Of a stretch of 64,000 bases of DNA, positions 24,082-36,959 are shown one piece after another. The notes below the pieces were generated by a model, which did not search any database, was not told where the DNA came from, and was given only the letters and a program-made list of their open reading frames with translations. Within the stretch, counting starts at the first letter, position 1. Every line of letters starts with the position of its first letter. This DNA is from Octopus sinensis. Taxonomy: Eukaryota. The DNA lies in contig NC_043004.1 of NCBI RefSeq assembly GCF_006345805.1, positions 36,580,001 through 36,644,000 on the forward strand, given 5' to 3'. The position numbers and the translations under genes are program-made.

Positions 24082-25650
24082 GAAAGCTAATTGTATTTCG
24101 AAATTTAATGCTGATATTATTCCAAACCACAATATGTCGTGTTTATGGGGAAGCTGTGATATATGGCCATGGTAGGAATGCAAAGCCTAAATCATTTATA
24201 TTGCAAAACGCTTAACAAACAACGGGCAGGTCTAATGTATTTTATATTCATTGAGAAGGATTTGCGATGATTTTCCAAATATTAAAATCTAACAGAACGA
24301 AAGACCAAATCTAAAATATTGATAGTTTCAATATTTTTTTTTATAACGAACGATTGAACGACTGTCAAGAAAAAGTGTCGTTTGAGACTAAATATACGTT
24401 GCGAGTAATATTTGCAATCAAATGTGTGTGGTTCTGAGCTGTCTTTTGGACAACAATGAAACCAGGCTTTCCCGTAGAAATGCAGTAAGGGCAGAATCGT
24501 TAGTGCGTCGCACAAATGCCAAGTGGTATTTGCTTCAACACATTGTATTCTGAGTTTGATATCTCGCCGAGGTCAAATTTGCCTTTCAACCTTCATATCG
24601 ACAAAAAAAATCACATCAAGCAATGGCAGTTAATATTATCGACTAAACGACCACCCACCTCAAATTGCAGACATGTGCCTAAATCAAAACAAAAATGAAT
24701 GAAATGAAAATTAACAGACATGAAAAATACTCCCACAAAGTGAAGCAAGGAATAGATAAAATTTTTATTCCCACTATCTGTTGAAATCGCAAAATATATA
24801 CTAAAGGAAGCTAAAAANNNNNNNNNNNNNNNNNNNNNNNNNNNNNNNNNNNNNNNNNNNNNNNNNNNNNNNNNNNNNNNNNNNNNNNNNNNNNNNNNNN
24901 NNNNNNNNNNNNNNNNNGAAAGCTAATTGTATTTCGAATTTAATGCTGATATTATTCCAACCCAATATGTCGTGTTTATGGGGAAGCTGTGATATATGGC
25001 CATGGTAGGAATGCAAACTAAATCATTTATATTGCAACGCTTAACAAACAACGGGCAGGTCTAATGTATTTTATATTCATTGAGAAGGATTTGCGATGAT
25101 TTTCCAAATATATAAATCTAACAGAAACGAAAGACCAAATCTAAAATATTGATAGTTCAATATTTTTTTTTATAACGAACGATTGAACGACTGTCAAGAA
25201 AAAGTGTCGTTTGAGACTAAATATACGTTGCGAGTAATATTTGCAATCAAATGTGTGTGGTTCTTGAGCTGTCTTTTGGACAACAATGAAACCAGGCTTT
25301 CCCGTATAGAAATGCAGTAAGGGCAGAATCGTTAGTGCGTCGAACAAAATGCCAAGTGGTATTTGCTTCAACACATTGTATTCTGAGTTTGATATCTCGC
25401 CGAGGTCAAATTGCCTTTCAACCTTTCATATCGACAAAAAAAATCATTCAAGCAATGGAGTTAATATTATCGACTAAACGACCACCACCCCTCAAAATTG
25501 CAGACATGTGCCTAAATCAAAACAAAAATGCATGAATTGAAAATTAACAGACATGAAAAATACTCCCACAAAGTGAAGCAAGGAATAGATAAAATTTTTA
25601 TTCCCACTATCTGTTGAAATCGCAAAATATATACTAAAGGAAGCTAAAAA
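24082..25650. other. Scaffold gap (100 N, 24818-24917) flanked by a ~735-bp duplication (24082-24817 / 24918-25650), probably an unmerged contig overlap
   Basis: The two copies differ almost only by 1-2 nt indels and end exactly at the gap edges. Confidence 0.9.
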
Positions 25651-25778
25651 TTATCCGCATTTCTTTATGTTGACCGACCTGCCTTTAGCACTCGCGGGAT
25701 AAATGGTGGTCCCCTTGTGATTACGTAACCAAGTGATCGCTCCAGTTTTCATTCTTGTGTTACAGAGTGAACAGGGCA

Positions 25779-26150
25779 ATGCGCACCAAAGAATAACAGA
25801 GAACAGTGATCCGATTTCTTTGATCTGAAGCGATGACAGGGGCTGAAATTTGTTACCGGCTTTCAATAAAATATAGGGATAGCGCTCTACCACGCAGACA
25901 TGTGTAGGAATGGATCGGCAAATTGAAAACTGGCTAGACAAGCGTGTAGCACGAAGAGGGAGCAGAACGCCCATCAACTTCCACCACTGACGTGAAGATT
26001 CATGAAGCTCGAGAGACTGTTCAGCAAATCAATGAGTGACCATCAATTTCGTTGCATGTTCTCTGCAACTTAGTCATGTGTAAGAGGAATGCCATGAAAG
26101 CTTACCAAAGTCCACAAGTGCAATAGTGTCCAGATCTGTCAACGCTTACT
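25779..26150 (+). pseudogene. Mariner transposase remnant (N-terminal HTH region)
   Basis: MRTKE*QRTVIRFL*SEAMTGAEICYRLSIKYRDSALPRRHV*EWIGKLKTG*TSV*HEEGAERPSTSTTDVKIHEARE; several stops. Confidence 0.85.
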
Positions 26151-26558
26151 CGTTCACTAGGATATGTAACACACTGCTTAAATACCTAATACCTTATAAG
26201 AAATTAGGTTTCTTCTCGAAACTAGAAAGGAGAAGGCTAATTCGAAGACTACTGATCCAATCCATCACTGGAACTGTAAAAATCTGTAAAATTTTCCAAA
26301 AGTTTATCATTTAAAACATATGAGCATATCTAGATATGCAACTATATGCATGAGAATACATAACTAAAACATACAAATCTGCACATACATACATACATAC
26401 ATACATACATACAAAAATATCCTGTTGTTGATGTTGAAATTCTTGAGCTATCGATCTAGGTTAGAAACCGATTCTTTCTCTATTGGCAAGAAATCTTGAA
26501 ATAAACTGAATGATATACATACTCACACACATGCATGCTTGTACATATGTATAGATGT

Positions 26559-26595
<37 letters not shown>

Positions 26596-26704
26596 CTGAA
26601 ATTACATTTACTGCGATAGTTCTGTCTCTATTTTCCAATCATCTTAGAAGTATTAGATTGTTTGAAAAGTAACAGATTTTGGAGGCTTAATGGAATGTAC
26701 TTAC

Positions 26705-26778
26705 ATCTATATAGTTAGCATTAATATAATCGTCATGTGGATCATCTTCAATGTTTAACTTTACCCTCGTATGATCAT
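26705..26778 (-). CDS. RPTP D1 exon, 74 nt: (Y)DHTRVKLNIEDDPHDDYINANYID
   Basis: ttttctggtttcag|AT...ATAGAT|gtaagt. PTP motifs DHTRV.L and DYINANYI; phase 1 to 0. Confidence 0.95.
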
Positions 26779-27205
26779 CTGAAACCAGAAAAGGACAGCA
26801 ATTGAAGGGAATTCTCTTTTAAGGAAAAGTTAATCAAAATTTATATTTTGTAACAATATTTCAAGAGTAACATGTCTAGGAAATTATTAGAAGGATGAGA
26901 CAGAAGAAACAAAAACAGAGAAATTAACAAAGCAATATATAAAAACGGTCGGAATAAAGTGATAGAGAAATAAAATGACGTTTTGAATACTGGGTCCTTG
27001 TACAAGGCAGAATGGGGAAACAGGAAAGAAGAAAGAGTATATACAAAAATAAACTGAAATAAATTGGAAATTGTTCGGTATTCGTTGGCTGAATTTGTAA
27101 TAATATTGAAGCGGAAATATACTGTCTCAGTCTAATCAGGTAGGAGGAGGGGGTATGTCGAAGCGGGTATGCTGATAGTAAGTATGCAGGAGGTATTTAT
27201 GTATG

Positions 27206-27287
<82 letters not shown>

Positions 27288-27294
27288 GTGTTTG

Positions 27295-27700
27295 CATGCA
27301 AAAGTCTTGACTCGCTTGCAGTAGATAGGAAAGCGTGGAGAGATATGATTTGAAGCAGTGTTAAAGATTTTAAGTTTGGCAGATTTAAGCATTCTGAAAT
27401 GAAAATAAAATTTCGTGAAAATGAGATTAATATCAATAACATTGCAAGAGTCTCCCATCCTTTCTTTAAATGTTCTTTATGCACAAAAGAATTCATATTT
27501 CACGCTGGTATAAGATTGCACCAGTATGGCCACGTGGGTAAGAGATATATGAACTATTCGAATTTCATTCCGGTTGACCAGTTTCAGTGCAATGTCTGTC
27601 AGAAAACCTGTAAGTCACACGGAGGATCGAAGTGGCACTTAAACATACATAACAAACAAGTGGAAACGGAACTAATGCTAACATGAGACATTGCTGCAGT
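27295..27700 (+). mobile_element. RTE-clade LINE 3' end with two C2H2 zinc fingers
   Basis: SLAVDRKAWRDMI* followed by FKCSLCTKEFIFHAGIRLHQYGH and FQCNVCQKTCKSHGGSKWHLNIH. Confidence 0.65.
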
Positions 27701-27849
27701 ATATGTGAACAGCTCTTCAAACGCCTTTCAGGGCTCAAAAGTCATTCAAGTTCTCATGCTAGGAAAGAGCAATTATAGGGAGTAGTGTTCTACATCTATG
27801 CAGGGAGCAGACAACCACGATGTATGTATGTCCATGTGTCTGTTAATGA

Positions 27850-28640
27850 ATATTTAGTTCAGAGAATAAGGAAAAGGAAGCGTGTGAATGCGCAAACAAA
27901 GCCATTGTGTAAATGAGTGGGACTTGTAGAAAATGTTGCTGAGTAGGTTTGTGTATTGGCGAATGGTTGACGGAGGAAATTGAAACAGGTATTGGCTGAA
28001 GTATTAGGGTGCAGGAGTGGGGGGGGGTATGGGTACGATCATAAACAAAGTGAAATATGCGCATGGCGCACGTATTTTTGTGTGCGCGAAGAGCTCACAG
28101 AGTGTCGGTTGCATGTGGATGCACGAAATTTGTGATTGTATGACTAGAATGGGTCATTTGGGGTGAATTATAGTAAATGGGGGTGGTCGGAGGAAAGGGG
28201 ACACATGACTGGCGCCGGGTTTGTTAGCATGGACCTATGAAAAGTAGGATTTTGGCCAAGGGTGTTGAAGTCAACCTGGTCAACAGATATGTGCTTGGTC
28301 TGGTCTTTGGACGTGTGGTCAAGATAAGAGAATAGAAGCTGGTAAATACAGTGGTAGAAGGAGAAAGAAGTAACCTTTTAAATAATGACGGCAAAGTCTT
28401 TGGTAAATGTGAGGGACGTGAGAATATGAAAGATTTTGAAGCGAAGGTGATGCGTTGAAAGTATGTGTGTGTATATGTATGCGTGCACGTGTGTGTTAGG
28501 GAGTAGGCAAATACGTGAGTGTAGATGTGTAGAGAGAACTGTGTGATGGTGGTGTGATCATGGTTTCGAAGAGTGCGGGGTTGGAGTGGTGAAGTCTGTT
28601 ATGTGAAATAAGAATCGAACAATGTGTGTCTGAGTGGGAA

Positions 28641-28672
<32 letters not shown>

Positions 28673-29250
28673 CGTGTGTGTGCGTGCGTGTGTGTGTGCG
28701 TGTGTGTGCATGTTTGCAAGGTGTCATGGTGCGTGTGGTTAGTAGGCGTATTTGGAGAATTAAATGTGAGGTGTGATTGAAGTGTGTACGAGTGGTTTTG
28801 TGTGAGTGTAAAACTAAGAAAAGGTAGGTGGTAGAGTGTGGAGTATGTGATTGTGAATAATAAATGATGAGGTGTGTTTAGAGTAAAGTAAGCCGGTTGT
28901 TAAGATTTGCAGGTAGGGCGAGTTTAAGCGGGTCAATTGTTCAATACGAAACCTAGAAAACGGTGGTCTATGAAACTGTATAATCGTTTAAAGAACGATG
29001 CACACCTGGCTTATTTTGTACTGTTGTCGCACACGTCCAGTAGATGACCATAAAATAGGGTGAGTGTGGCTGGTTTCCTCAATGTGCCGGATGTTTTAGA
29101 ATCGATATTTAATGCAGTAAAACCAATTGTGAAGCAGATGGTGATGTGACACATGATACGGGAAGATGTATCATGTACAGGTGGTACTGACAGTTTGTAA
29201 ATGACAAGAGAAATAGTGTAGCAGAGGTTGGCGAGCAAGCAAAGAAAATA
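27850..29250 (-). pseudogene. Highly degraded PLE (RT C-terminal half and GIY-YIG remnant)
   Basis: Remnant translations such as CIYQLLFSYLDHTSKDQTKHISVDQ..NPTFHRS resemble IY.I.C..C...YIGQT.R.L..R; composition is similar to the intact PLE. Confidence 0.45.
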
Positions 29251-29489
29251 GCTGAGTGTAATGTGAAGGTAGTGTAATGAAGAGACTAGTAGGTCATTGA
29301 GATTGTAGTCACGTGTGAAAAAGAAATGGTCGTTTTAGAATTATGTGGGAGATTCTAGATTGGAGAATGCTGAAGAGTCGAAGAATGTTGCACTACAGAG
29401 CTCCAAGAAGCTCCGAGGAGCTAGCACTGAACGTAAAAGCAGAAGGCATTTTGTGATCTGTTGGTAACAAAAGGAAGGGCAAATTTACA

Positions 29490-29800
29490 GATCATTTCGA
29501 TTTTAGGAAGAATGAAAGACGCCTTAGCTCCCGAGATAATCGGACTTGGTTGTTGACCACCACCGACGACGACATTTTCGCCAGACTGACCAATAAAAGC
29601 TGGACTGATGTAGTATGGCTATGACATTTGTCATGTACAAGGCTGTTACGTGCTTCCGCAATATTTGAACCTCCGATCAATCTCCCATCCAGTCAGCAAC
29701 TCATATCTACTACTATTCACCACTTCTTTCTTCTTTTCCTTTACCACTTCTTCATTGCCACACCTCATTCCACTATCTCGTTCGTCCCCAAGAAGCAAAT
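29490..29800 (+). pseudogene. Degraded PLE RT N-terminal fragment, opposite orientation to the 27850-29250 piece
   Basis: RRLSSRDNRTWLLTTTDDDIFARLTNKSWTDVVW..PINLPSSQQLISTTIHH resembles RRLNISPAE.LAL..L...DIIIKPADKGGAVVVW..NP..YQQTVSSTV of the intact copy. Confidence 0.45.
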
Positions 29801-29938
29801 AACTCTACCAATACTCTGTAACTAGAATTAGTAGACTTATTGAAGTGCATTCCAATCTCGATTGTGATTTATTTCTCTGGCTTTTATTATCATCTATCAC
29901 ATTTTTAATGAATAAGTTTTGAAGAAAATATTACTTAC

Positions 29939-30026
29939 ATGCTACAATATTACCATATCGGTTCTTCATTTTATTTTCCGTTTTCTTTGCTACATCGCAT
30001 TTTGCTGTGAGTCCTGCTGGCGTGAG
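29939..30026 (-). CDS. RPTP D1 exon, 88 nt: LTPAGLTAKCDVAKKTENKMKNRYGNIVA(Y)
   Basis: tatttcag|CTC...GCA T|gtaagt. Contains the pTyr-recognition loop KNRYGNI typical of R2B RPTPs; 88 nt, phase 0 to 1, matches the conserved RPTP intron pattern. Confidence 0.95.
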
Positions 30027-30827
30027 CTGAAATATACAACATGAAATATATAGAAACTAGGAGAATTCAATATATTTTAATACTGAATTTTACTCGATAT
30101 AACATAGATAGGACAAAGCAATTGAACGAAACATATACGAGTACGAAAATTATGAATTTATTTTAATGGTGAGAATATAATTTTGACGACATTAGAATAC
30201 AAGGTATACTGCAAAAAAAAAAAGTGAAGATTATGTGACAAATACAATTTTATGAAATAATAAAAGTGAAATGCATCTTTGTAATATGCACAAAAGTTAT
30301 TAGAAATAATATTATAGTTGAAATAGTAATAAGTCAGATATTTCTAATGTTCAATACTAGTACAAATAAACATTAACACAACGTACATTTCATTTCCTTC
30401 TTTGTAACCATTAAAATTTATATAAATTATTAATAATAAGACAGTATCGGGAATGTTCTAGCTTCGCCTCGTAACATATACACCACTGTTAAATATAATA
30501 TACACCATTATTGCTATTTCCCATCTGCTTCAGTCAAATTCTGCATTTCGTAATCAAATGAGAATTCCAAAATATCCAAAGTCTCATAGAGAGTTTAAGC
30601 GCGCGCACGCACATACACACATACGCGCACACATACATACATACATACATGTGTGTGTATTGTTGCCTCTGTGAACATAGAAATTATAAAACTATATTTT
30701 TTTAACTTTTAGCATATTTTGAAAGCAGGTTTGAATACCCTCTTCACGCCACACTTAAAACTAGATGATAGATGACAAATTAACAAATGAAAGAAGAGAA
30801 AATGAAAAGCAACTTTACAATGTATTA

Positions 30828-31699
30828 AAAGTCTCATGTGCATTTCCTGTTTCCGTTTCAAAATATGTCATCTGACTGCTTGAAGATATAGTTGCGCATG
30901 CTCCATATTTCCAACAACGAAATTTTTTATGAATTATCACGAATCGACAAAGGCTATATACATACATACATCATATATACATATATATATCATATATGTA
31001 TACTCATACACATACATACATATATATATATACATATGTGTGGTGTTTGTGTGTATGCATGTATATATGTGTGCGTGTATGTGTACGTACTTAACATCAA
31101 ATAGCTTAATTCATTTAGAATAAATAATGGAAGTTAATTATTAATGGAATCTCAGAGAAATAAATTTCCTTATACCTGTATGTATGTATTGACACATACA
31201 TACGCACACATTTATTCGTGTGTATGTGAGTTATGTAAAAATGTCGAACGATGAAAATGAGTGCTCAAGGCTGTAGTGGTGGATATAATTTCTTTACTTG
31301 TGAATTAAGCTACCATTGGTTTCATGTTACCAAAAGTAGGAAAATATCCGAGTGTCTTAACAGTTTTCCAAGCCAATGGCATGGAGAAAAGTGTTCACCA
31401 CCATTTTGGAAAACACAGCATCGTTTAGTTCACGGGGGTTCTCCTAAATTCATGTGAATAAGACAATGAATTAATGAATCAAGGGACGTTACTTCTGGGT
31501 AGAATTTTTTCGTTATTTGTCTCCCTTGGAGTTGTCTTTCGGGCAAGTTTTTTGTGGTCAATTTGTTTGCATTATTTTGTTGTATTTTCTTTCTGGACAT
31601 GGTGCTCTTATACTTGTGTGCTGAGGTAGTTCGTCATTGGGGCATATTTCTTCTTTGTGTGGAGTTTGAAACGGAAACAGGAAATGCACACGAGACTTT
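30828..31699. repeat. 35-bp inverted repeat pair (30828-30862 / 31665-31699, one mismatch)
   Basis: AAAGTCTCATGTGCATTTCCTGTTTCCGTTTCAAA versus the reverse complement of TTTGAAACGGAAACAGGAAATGCACACGAGACTTT. Confidence 0.85.
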
Positions 31700-31985
31700 C
31701 CTAGCTATGTTAGTAGATACACTCATGATATAAGGTGAGTTGAACCATACAATTTTCCTCTGCGTCTTCTTGGTCTATTTATATTTGGTTTAATGGAGTT
31801 TATGCTATTCTTGAAGTTTGACCTTTCTATTGCTGCATTATATATGGACCAGCTTTTTCAAAAGTCTCTTTGTCGCCGGATAATTTATAGACGCGCCTGC
31901 TAATGTTGTTAACCATTTATTTAATTACTGCTGGTGTGTGGTTGGAACTTATCTCTATGTACGAGACTTCCTCGTTTGGTTTGTG
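31500..31985 (-). pseudogene. Degraded PLE of a different (Poseidon-like) family, RT thumb/linker region
   Basis: [41 protein letters not shown] and RRRGKLYGSTH / KIVWFNSPYIMSVSTNIARK match the KPN...YI...SNHP and IIWFNPPYS..V.TNI motifs. Confidence 0.65.
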
Positions 31986-31986
31986 C

Positions 31987-32040
<54 letters not shown>

Positions 32041-32110
32041 ATATATACATATACATATATACATATATATATATACATATATATATATAACATATATATA
32101 TATACATATA

Positions 32111-32161
<51 letters not shown>

Positions 32162-32299
32162 CATATATATACATATATATATACAATATATATACATATA
32201 TATATTATACATATATATATACATATATATATATATATAATATATATATATATATATGTATATATGTATATATTTACACACGTAGGAAAAGGGTGAGGA

Positions 32300-32334
<35 letters not shown>

Positions 32335-32337
<3 letters not shown>

Positions 32338-32745
32338 TTTTTCTCTTTTAATTGTTTCAGTCATTTGACTGCGGCCATGCTGAAGCACCACCTTTAATCG
32401 AGCAACTCGACCCCCGGGACTTATTCTTTGTAAACCCAGTACTTATTCTATCGGTCTCTTTTTGCCGAACCGCTAAGTAACGGGGACATAAACACACCAG
32501 CATCGGTTGTCAAGCAATGCTAGGGGGACAAACACAGACACACAAACACACACACACATACATATGTATATATATACATATATACGACGGACTTCTTTCA
32601 GTTTCCGTCTACCAAATCCACTCACAAGGCTTTGGTCGGCCCGAGGCTATAGTAGAAGACACTTGCCCAAGGTGCTACGCAGTGGGACTGAACCCGGAAC
32701 CATGTGGTTGGTAAACAAGTTACTTACCACACAGCCACATATTAT
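32335..32745 (-). mobile_element. tRNA-derived SINE family B (other copies about 41085-41445 minus and 40060-40335 plus)
   Basis: Head gtggctgtgtggtaagtaacttg...ggttccgggttcagtcccactgcgtagcaccttgggcaagtgtcttctactatagcc on the minus strand. Confidence 0.8.
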
Positions 32746-33493
32746 AAAACAACAATATTTTAAATAAATGTTACATTAAGAATTATAATTCTGTTATAAT
32801 AAAGAATTTTATTGCAATCCTCATGACAAAGAATCTTATAAATATTCCGCCATACAGTTCATGGTAGTCTTGTCCTTTCCCGTATTCACGCATTTTAAAC
32901 AAGTTAAAACTTCAGATGAAAACAGAATAAAAAATAATCACAGGATTGCTAACGGTAGCAATCCATTAGCATAAAAAGCAGGGGCATTAGAGAGAAGAGA
33001 CATAGTGTCGAACGGAGTGAAGTCATTGGCTTTACGAAAGATATTGTTTCGAGATTAAATCATCTTAAAATACACAAAATTGGTTGATACACTTTTTCAG
33101 AAAACTGCAATTAGGAAAGATATAAACGGTAAATACGGAAGCTGGAGAAAACATTTCTAATTTGTCAATAGAAATAATAATTCCTGCATTGTAACTTGAA
33201 AAAAAAAATCGAAATAAAAATAATAATAATAAATATTCATTAAATGAGATATGAGACTATATTCTGTATAGGAAATATACTAGGTGCTGTGTAGAGGTAT
33301 ATTAGTCAGGGCTTTCAGACATCAGACAATGGCAGCGACCAAAATGAACGCCCAACAAAGGAAAATGAAATCAAAAGGTAATATTTGAAAAGTCCAAACA
33401 GCACATAATGCTATCACACACACATATATATAGATAGATATGTTGTCTTTGTGTTTATATCTCTGTGTGTGAATAAATACACATGCATATATT

Positions 33494-33800
33494 ACTGTGA
33501 TCACAGTGACTAACCAGGCTATCAGATGTTACTACACATCGCTGGTCACACTGCGCTTTGCATTGTTTTAGCCTTCAAATGAGGCCACCTCGCTGGCTAA
33601 GCAATCAGGTCAACAGAAGAAAGACTGAGAAAAAGTTGTGGCGAAAGAGTACAGCAGGGATCGCCACCACCCCCTGCCGGAGCCTCGTGGGGCTTTAGGT
33701 GTTTTCGCTCAATAAACACTTACAACGCCCGGTCTGGGAATCGAAACCCGATCCTACGATCGCGAGTCCGCTGCCCTAAGCACTGGGCCATTGCGCCTCC
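33494..33800 (-). mobile_element. tRNA-derived SINE family C (partial copy also about 2648-2905)
   Basis: ggaggcgcaatggcccagtgcttagggcagcggactcgcgatcgtaggatcgggtttcgattcccagacc; A and B boxes present. Confidence 0.8.
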
Positions 33801-33812
33801 ACTCATGCATGC

Positions 33813-33871
<59 letters not shown>

Positions 33872-33872
33872 T

Positions 33873-33945
<73 letters not shown>

Positions 33946-35225
33946 TATATGTGGCTAAATATCAAAGCATTAATATGTGTACATACATGTGTGTATAGAA
34001 GGTGTTTCAGTCACGATCACAAGATTGTTGTTTCAATCCCTAGACCGGGTGGTACTTTGTGTTCTTGAGCTTACCATTTCTTCCAATTTTGCTCTGCGAC
34101 CACCTCGATACGTGACACCTGCTACACTGCACATCTGTTTAAGTAACGGCGAGTTGATGGAGGGGGGGCTAATATGCGGCACTTACATTTGATCATTATA
34201 AACAAATTGTCGTCTTAGACGGGAGAGTTCATCATCATCATCATCATCATGTGTGTGTGTGTGTGTATGTAATTGTTTTCTTTCATTTATTCATTTTTCA
34301 ATATACCAAGAACAGAGCTTAATACGTAAAATAAAAATCATTCTAAGTTAAATAGTTAAATATTAGGAGGAACCCTTAAAAAATATAAAAACGGAAGTTT
34401 AATAAAAATAGATTTCAAACAGACTGCCATATTCAATTTTTCATGGAGGGGTTTGCATTTAAGCAGTGAAAATAATTCATAAATACCTTAAATCGAGCTG
34501 ATATTTTTAAGTAGAGGTACTCAAACATATGCGAGCCGTTATTAGTTTAGAATTTACGCCTCTAACAATTAAATCACGAAATATTAAACAACGGCACTTT
34601 ACTAAAACATCGAAATAAGTAGAATCATTTTACCGTTGTAAACGGCCGTACAAAAGGAGATAATGATAAACATAAACAATTTCAGGAAAATAATTAAGTG
34701 CCAAACGGAGATCAAAATTGTAAATAATGATTTCTATTAGAAATATATTTTTCCATTGAACTAAATTTAGATCGATGTCTTCATATTTAGAAATGCCATG
34801 GCTATTTTCAGAGTTTGCCTATTTTGAATTTTTAAATGTTGGAAAATACTAATTATCGATTTATCTTAGCTTGGCACAAAAGACCAATTTGTAAAAGAGT
34901 ATGTTACTCGTGATTGAATCAATACACGTCAATTAACGGTTTTTCTTTTATCGACCTCAAACGCTTCATTTTAATACATAATGTACGAAATATCGCCCGG
35001 CATTTTTACATGTGTATCTCTGTTTCTGGCAACACTTTACCAGGAGCAAACACCCGATTAATACGGTTTGGTTGGGTAGAATGCCGCTTAGTGCAATGTA
35101 GCAAAAATTCCAGCTTATTACTGGCTTTTGTCGCACTAAGAAAGATAAATTAAAACGGTGTGAAAAAATATTGATTACCCACTCTTTAATCTCTCTCTCT
35201 CTCTATATATATATATATGTATATA

Positions 35226-35266
<41 letters not shown>

Positions 35267-35419
35267 GTGCGTATATATATATGCATGCGTATATACATAT
35301 GTACATATAAATGAATACGCATGTGTGTGTGTGTGTGTGTGTGTTCGTACATATATATATGTATATGTGTATGCGCGCGCATGCGTGCTCGTTTATATAT
35401 CTGAGGGGCGTGCGCACCC

Positions 35420-35859
35420 ATGTTTAGAGTCGCACTCTTGCATCAATACAGACATGCACGCAAAACCATATGAGCGCGTCTACACATCCACATATACAAC
35501 TATATACTTGCACATACTGCCCCTTCCTACATCCCTCAAACAAACTGACCGATTTCCTGTCCACCACGCGGTCGATTTCCTGTTCACGATGCAGTATTTT
35601 CCAACTGTTGTCGCTGGTATACCGATATAGCAACACCAAATCATGACACCGCATGACCTTCCTCAACCAATCGCAATCCACCTTACGGTAATAGTAATCA
35701 CCTTCTTTCATTCAAATTCAAAATAGCTGAAGACTATGAAGACTAGCATAACGCTTGAAACTCAAGAGTACCAACGAATTTGAATCAAACTGTTTTGATC
35801 CATACATGTAACTCTCAATAAATTTGTTGAGTGCCCTATTTTAGTTTGTCTGCTCACTC

Positions 35860-35860
<1 letters not shown>
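35420..35860 (+). mobile_element. Probable 3' end of another PLE family ending at (TA)n, with degenerate hammerhead-like motif at 35727-35770
   Basis: CTGAAGA...AGC(ataac)GCT-T-GAAACTC-AA-GAGTA lies about 90 nt before the TA tract, similar spacing to the main PLE; 9-bp tandem duplication TGAAGACTA within the core. Confidence 0.4.
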
Positions 35861-35913
<53 letters not shown>

Positions 35914-35991
35914 CTCTGTATCTATATATATATAAAATAGTATATTCAGTATGACAGACTACATAAGAGAATTAATTAACTTTAGCATGAA

Positions 35992-36846
35992 GTGGAAAAT
36001 AGATCTGTACTCAGATGGCACACTGTTAGGGAAAGTTTGTATCAAAAGAGGAATTTTGCAGGGGAACTCATTGTCCCCTTAATTTTTGTTCTATGTTTGG
36101 TCCTCCTCAGTTTAGTATTAAGGAAGGCAAAGGCAGAGTATGAGTTCAGAAATATTAATGGAGAAATTAACCATTTGCTCTACATGGATGACCTGAAGCT
36201 TTTTAGTAAGAATGTAAAAGAGACGGGTTCCTTAATACAGACTGTGAAACTCCTCAGCAAAGACACAGGCATGGAATTTTGTATAGATAAGTATGCAATA
36301 TATGTCATGAAAAGTGAAGGCATCCAATTAGCAGATGACCAGACATTAAAATCATTGGAATAAGGAGAGAGTTATAAGAATCTAGGAGTATTAGAATCTG
36401 ACAGAGTACTAACTACAGAAATAAAAACGAAAATTGAGGAGAAATACATCAGAAGAGTGAGGAGGTTAATAACGTCAAAGCTAAATGATTCGAATCTGGC
36501 GAAGGCTGTAAATACTTGAGCAGTATCATTACGTAGATACTCAGCAGCTTTTGTAGAGTGGACAAAATTGGATACAATTATCCAGTACCCGACCAAACAT
36601 CGAAAACGGAACATTGTTGTAGTGAATAAAAAAAGAAAGAACATGTATGATAATCGACATGACATGCCCCGGTGAAAACAGGATCAATGTGGAAGAAGAA
36701 GAAAAAATAAGCAACTATGATGTAAACAACTAATTGGTGCTCTTAACTACCAACAAAGCTTGAGGCAAGTGTGAAGGTAAAACACCTACAAAAATCAGCA
36801 TTACTTGGAACTTAAAGAATTATTCACAAGGTTCTTGAAGCATGAC
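35992..36846 (+). pseudogene. R4/Dong-clade non-LTR retrotransposon remnant (RT domain, internal deletion, restriction-like endonuclease end)
   Basis: INHLLYMDDLKLFSK...DTGMEF...YKNLGVLESD...YIRRVRRL..SKLN..NL.KAVNT; then DTIIQYP...IVVVNKK and QKSALLGT*RIIHKVLEA*. Confidence 0.85.
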
Positions 36847-36959
36847 CAGTAAATAAGTGTCAACTTAGTCTGCTAGTTGTGGACACTTTCCATCATACCC
36901 AGCAAAATAAGCTGTGAGTTTTCATGTTGCAATACCAGGCGATTTGAGGGTGAAATGTA

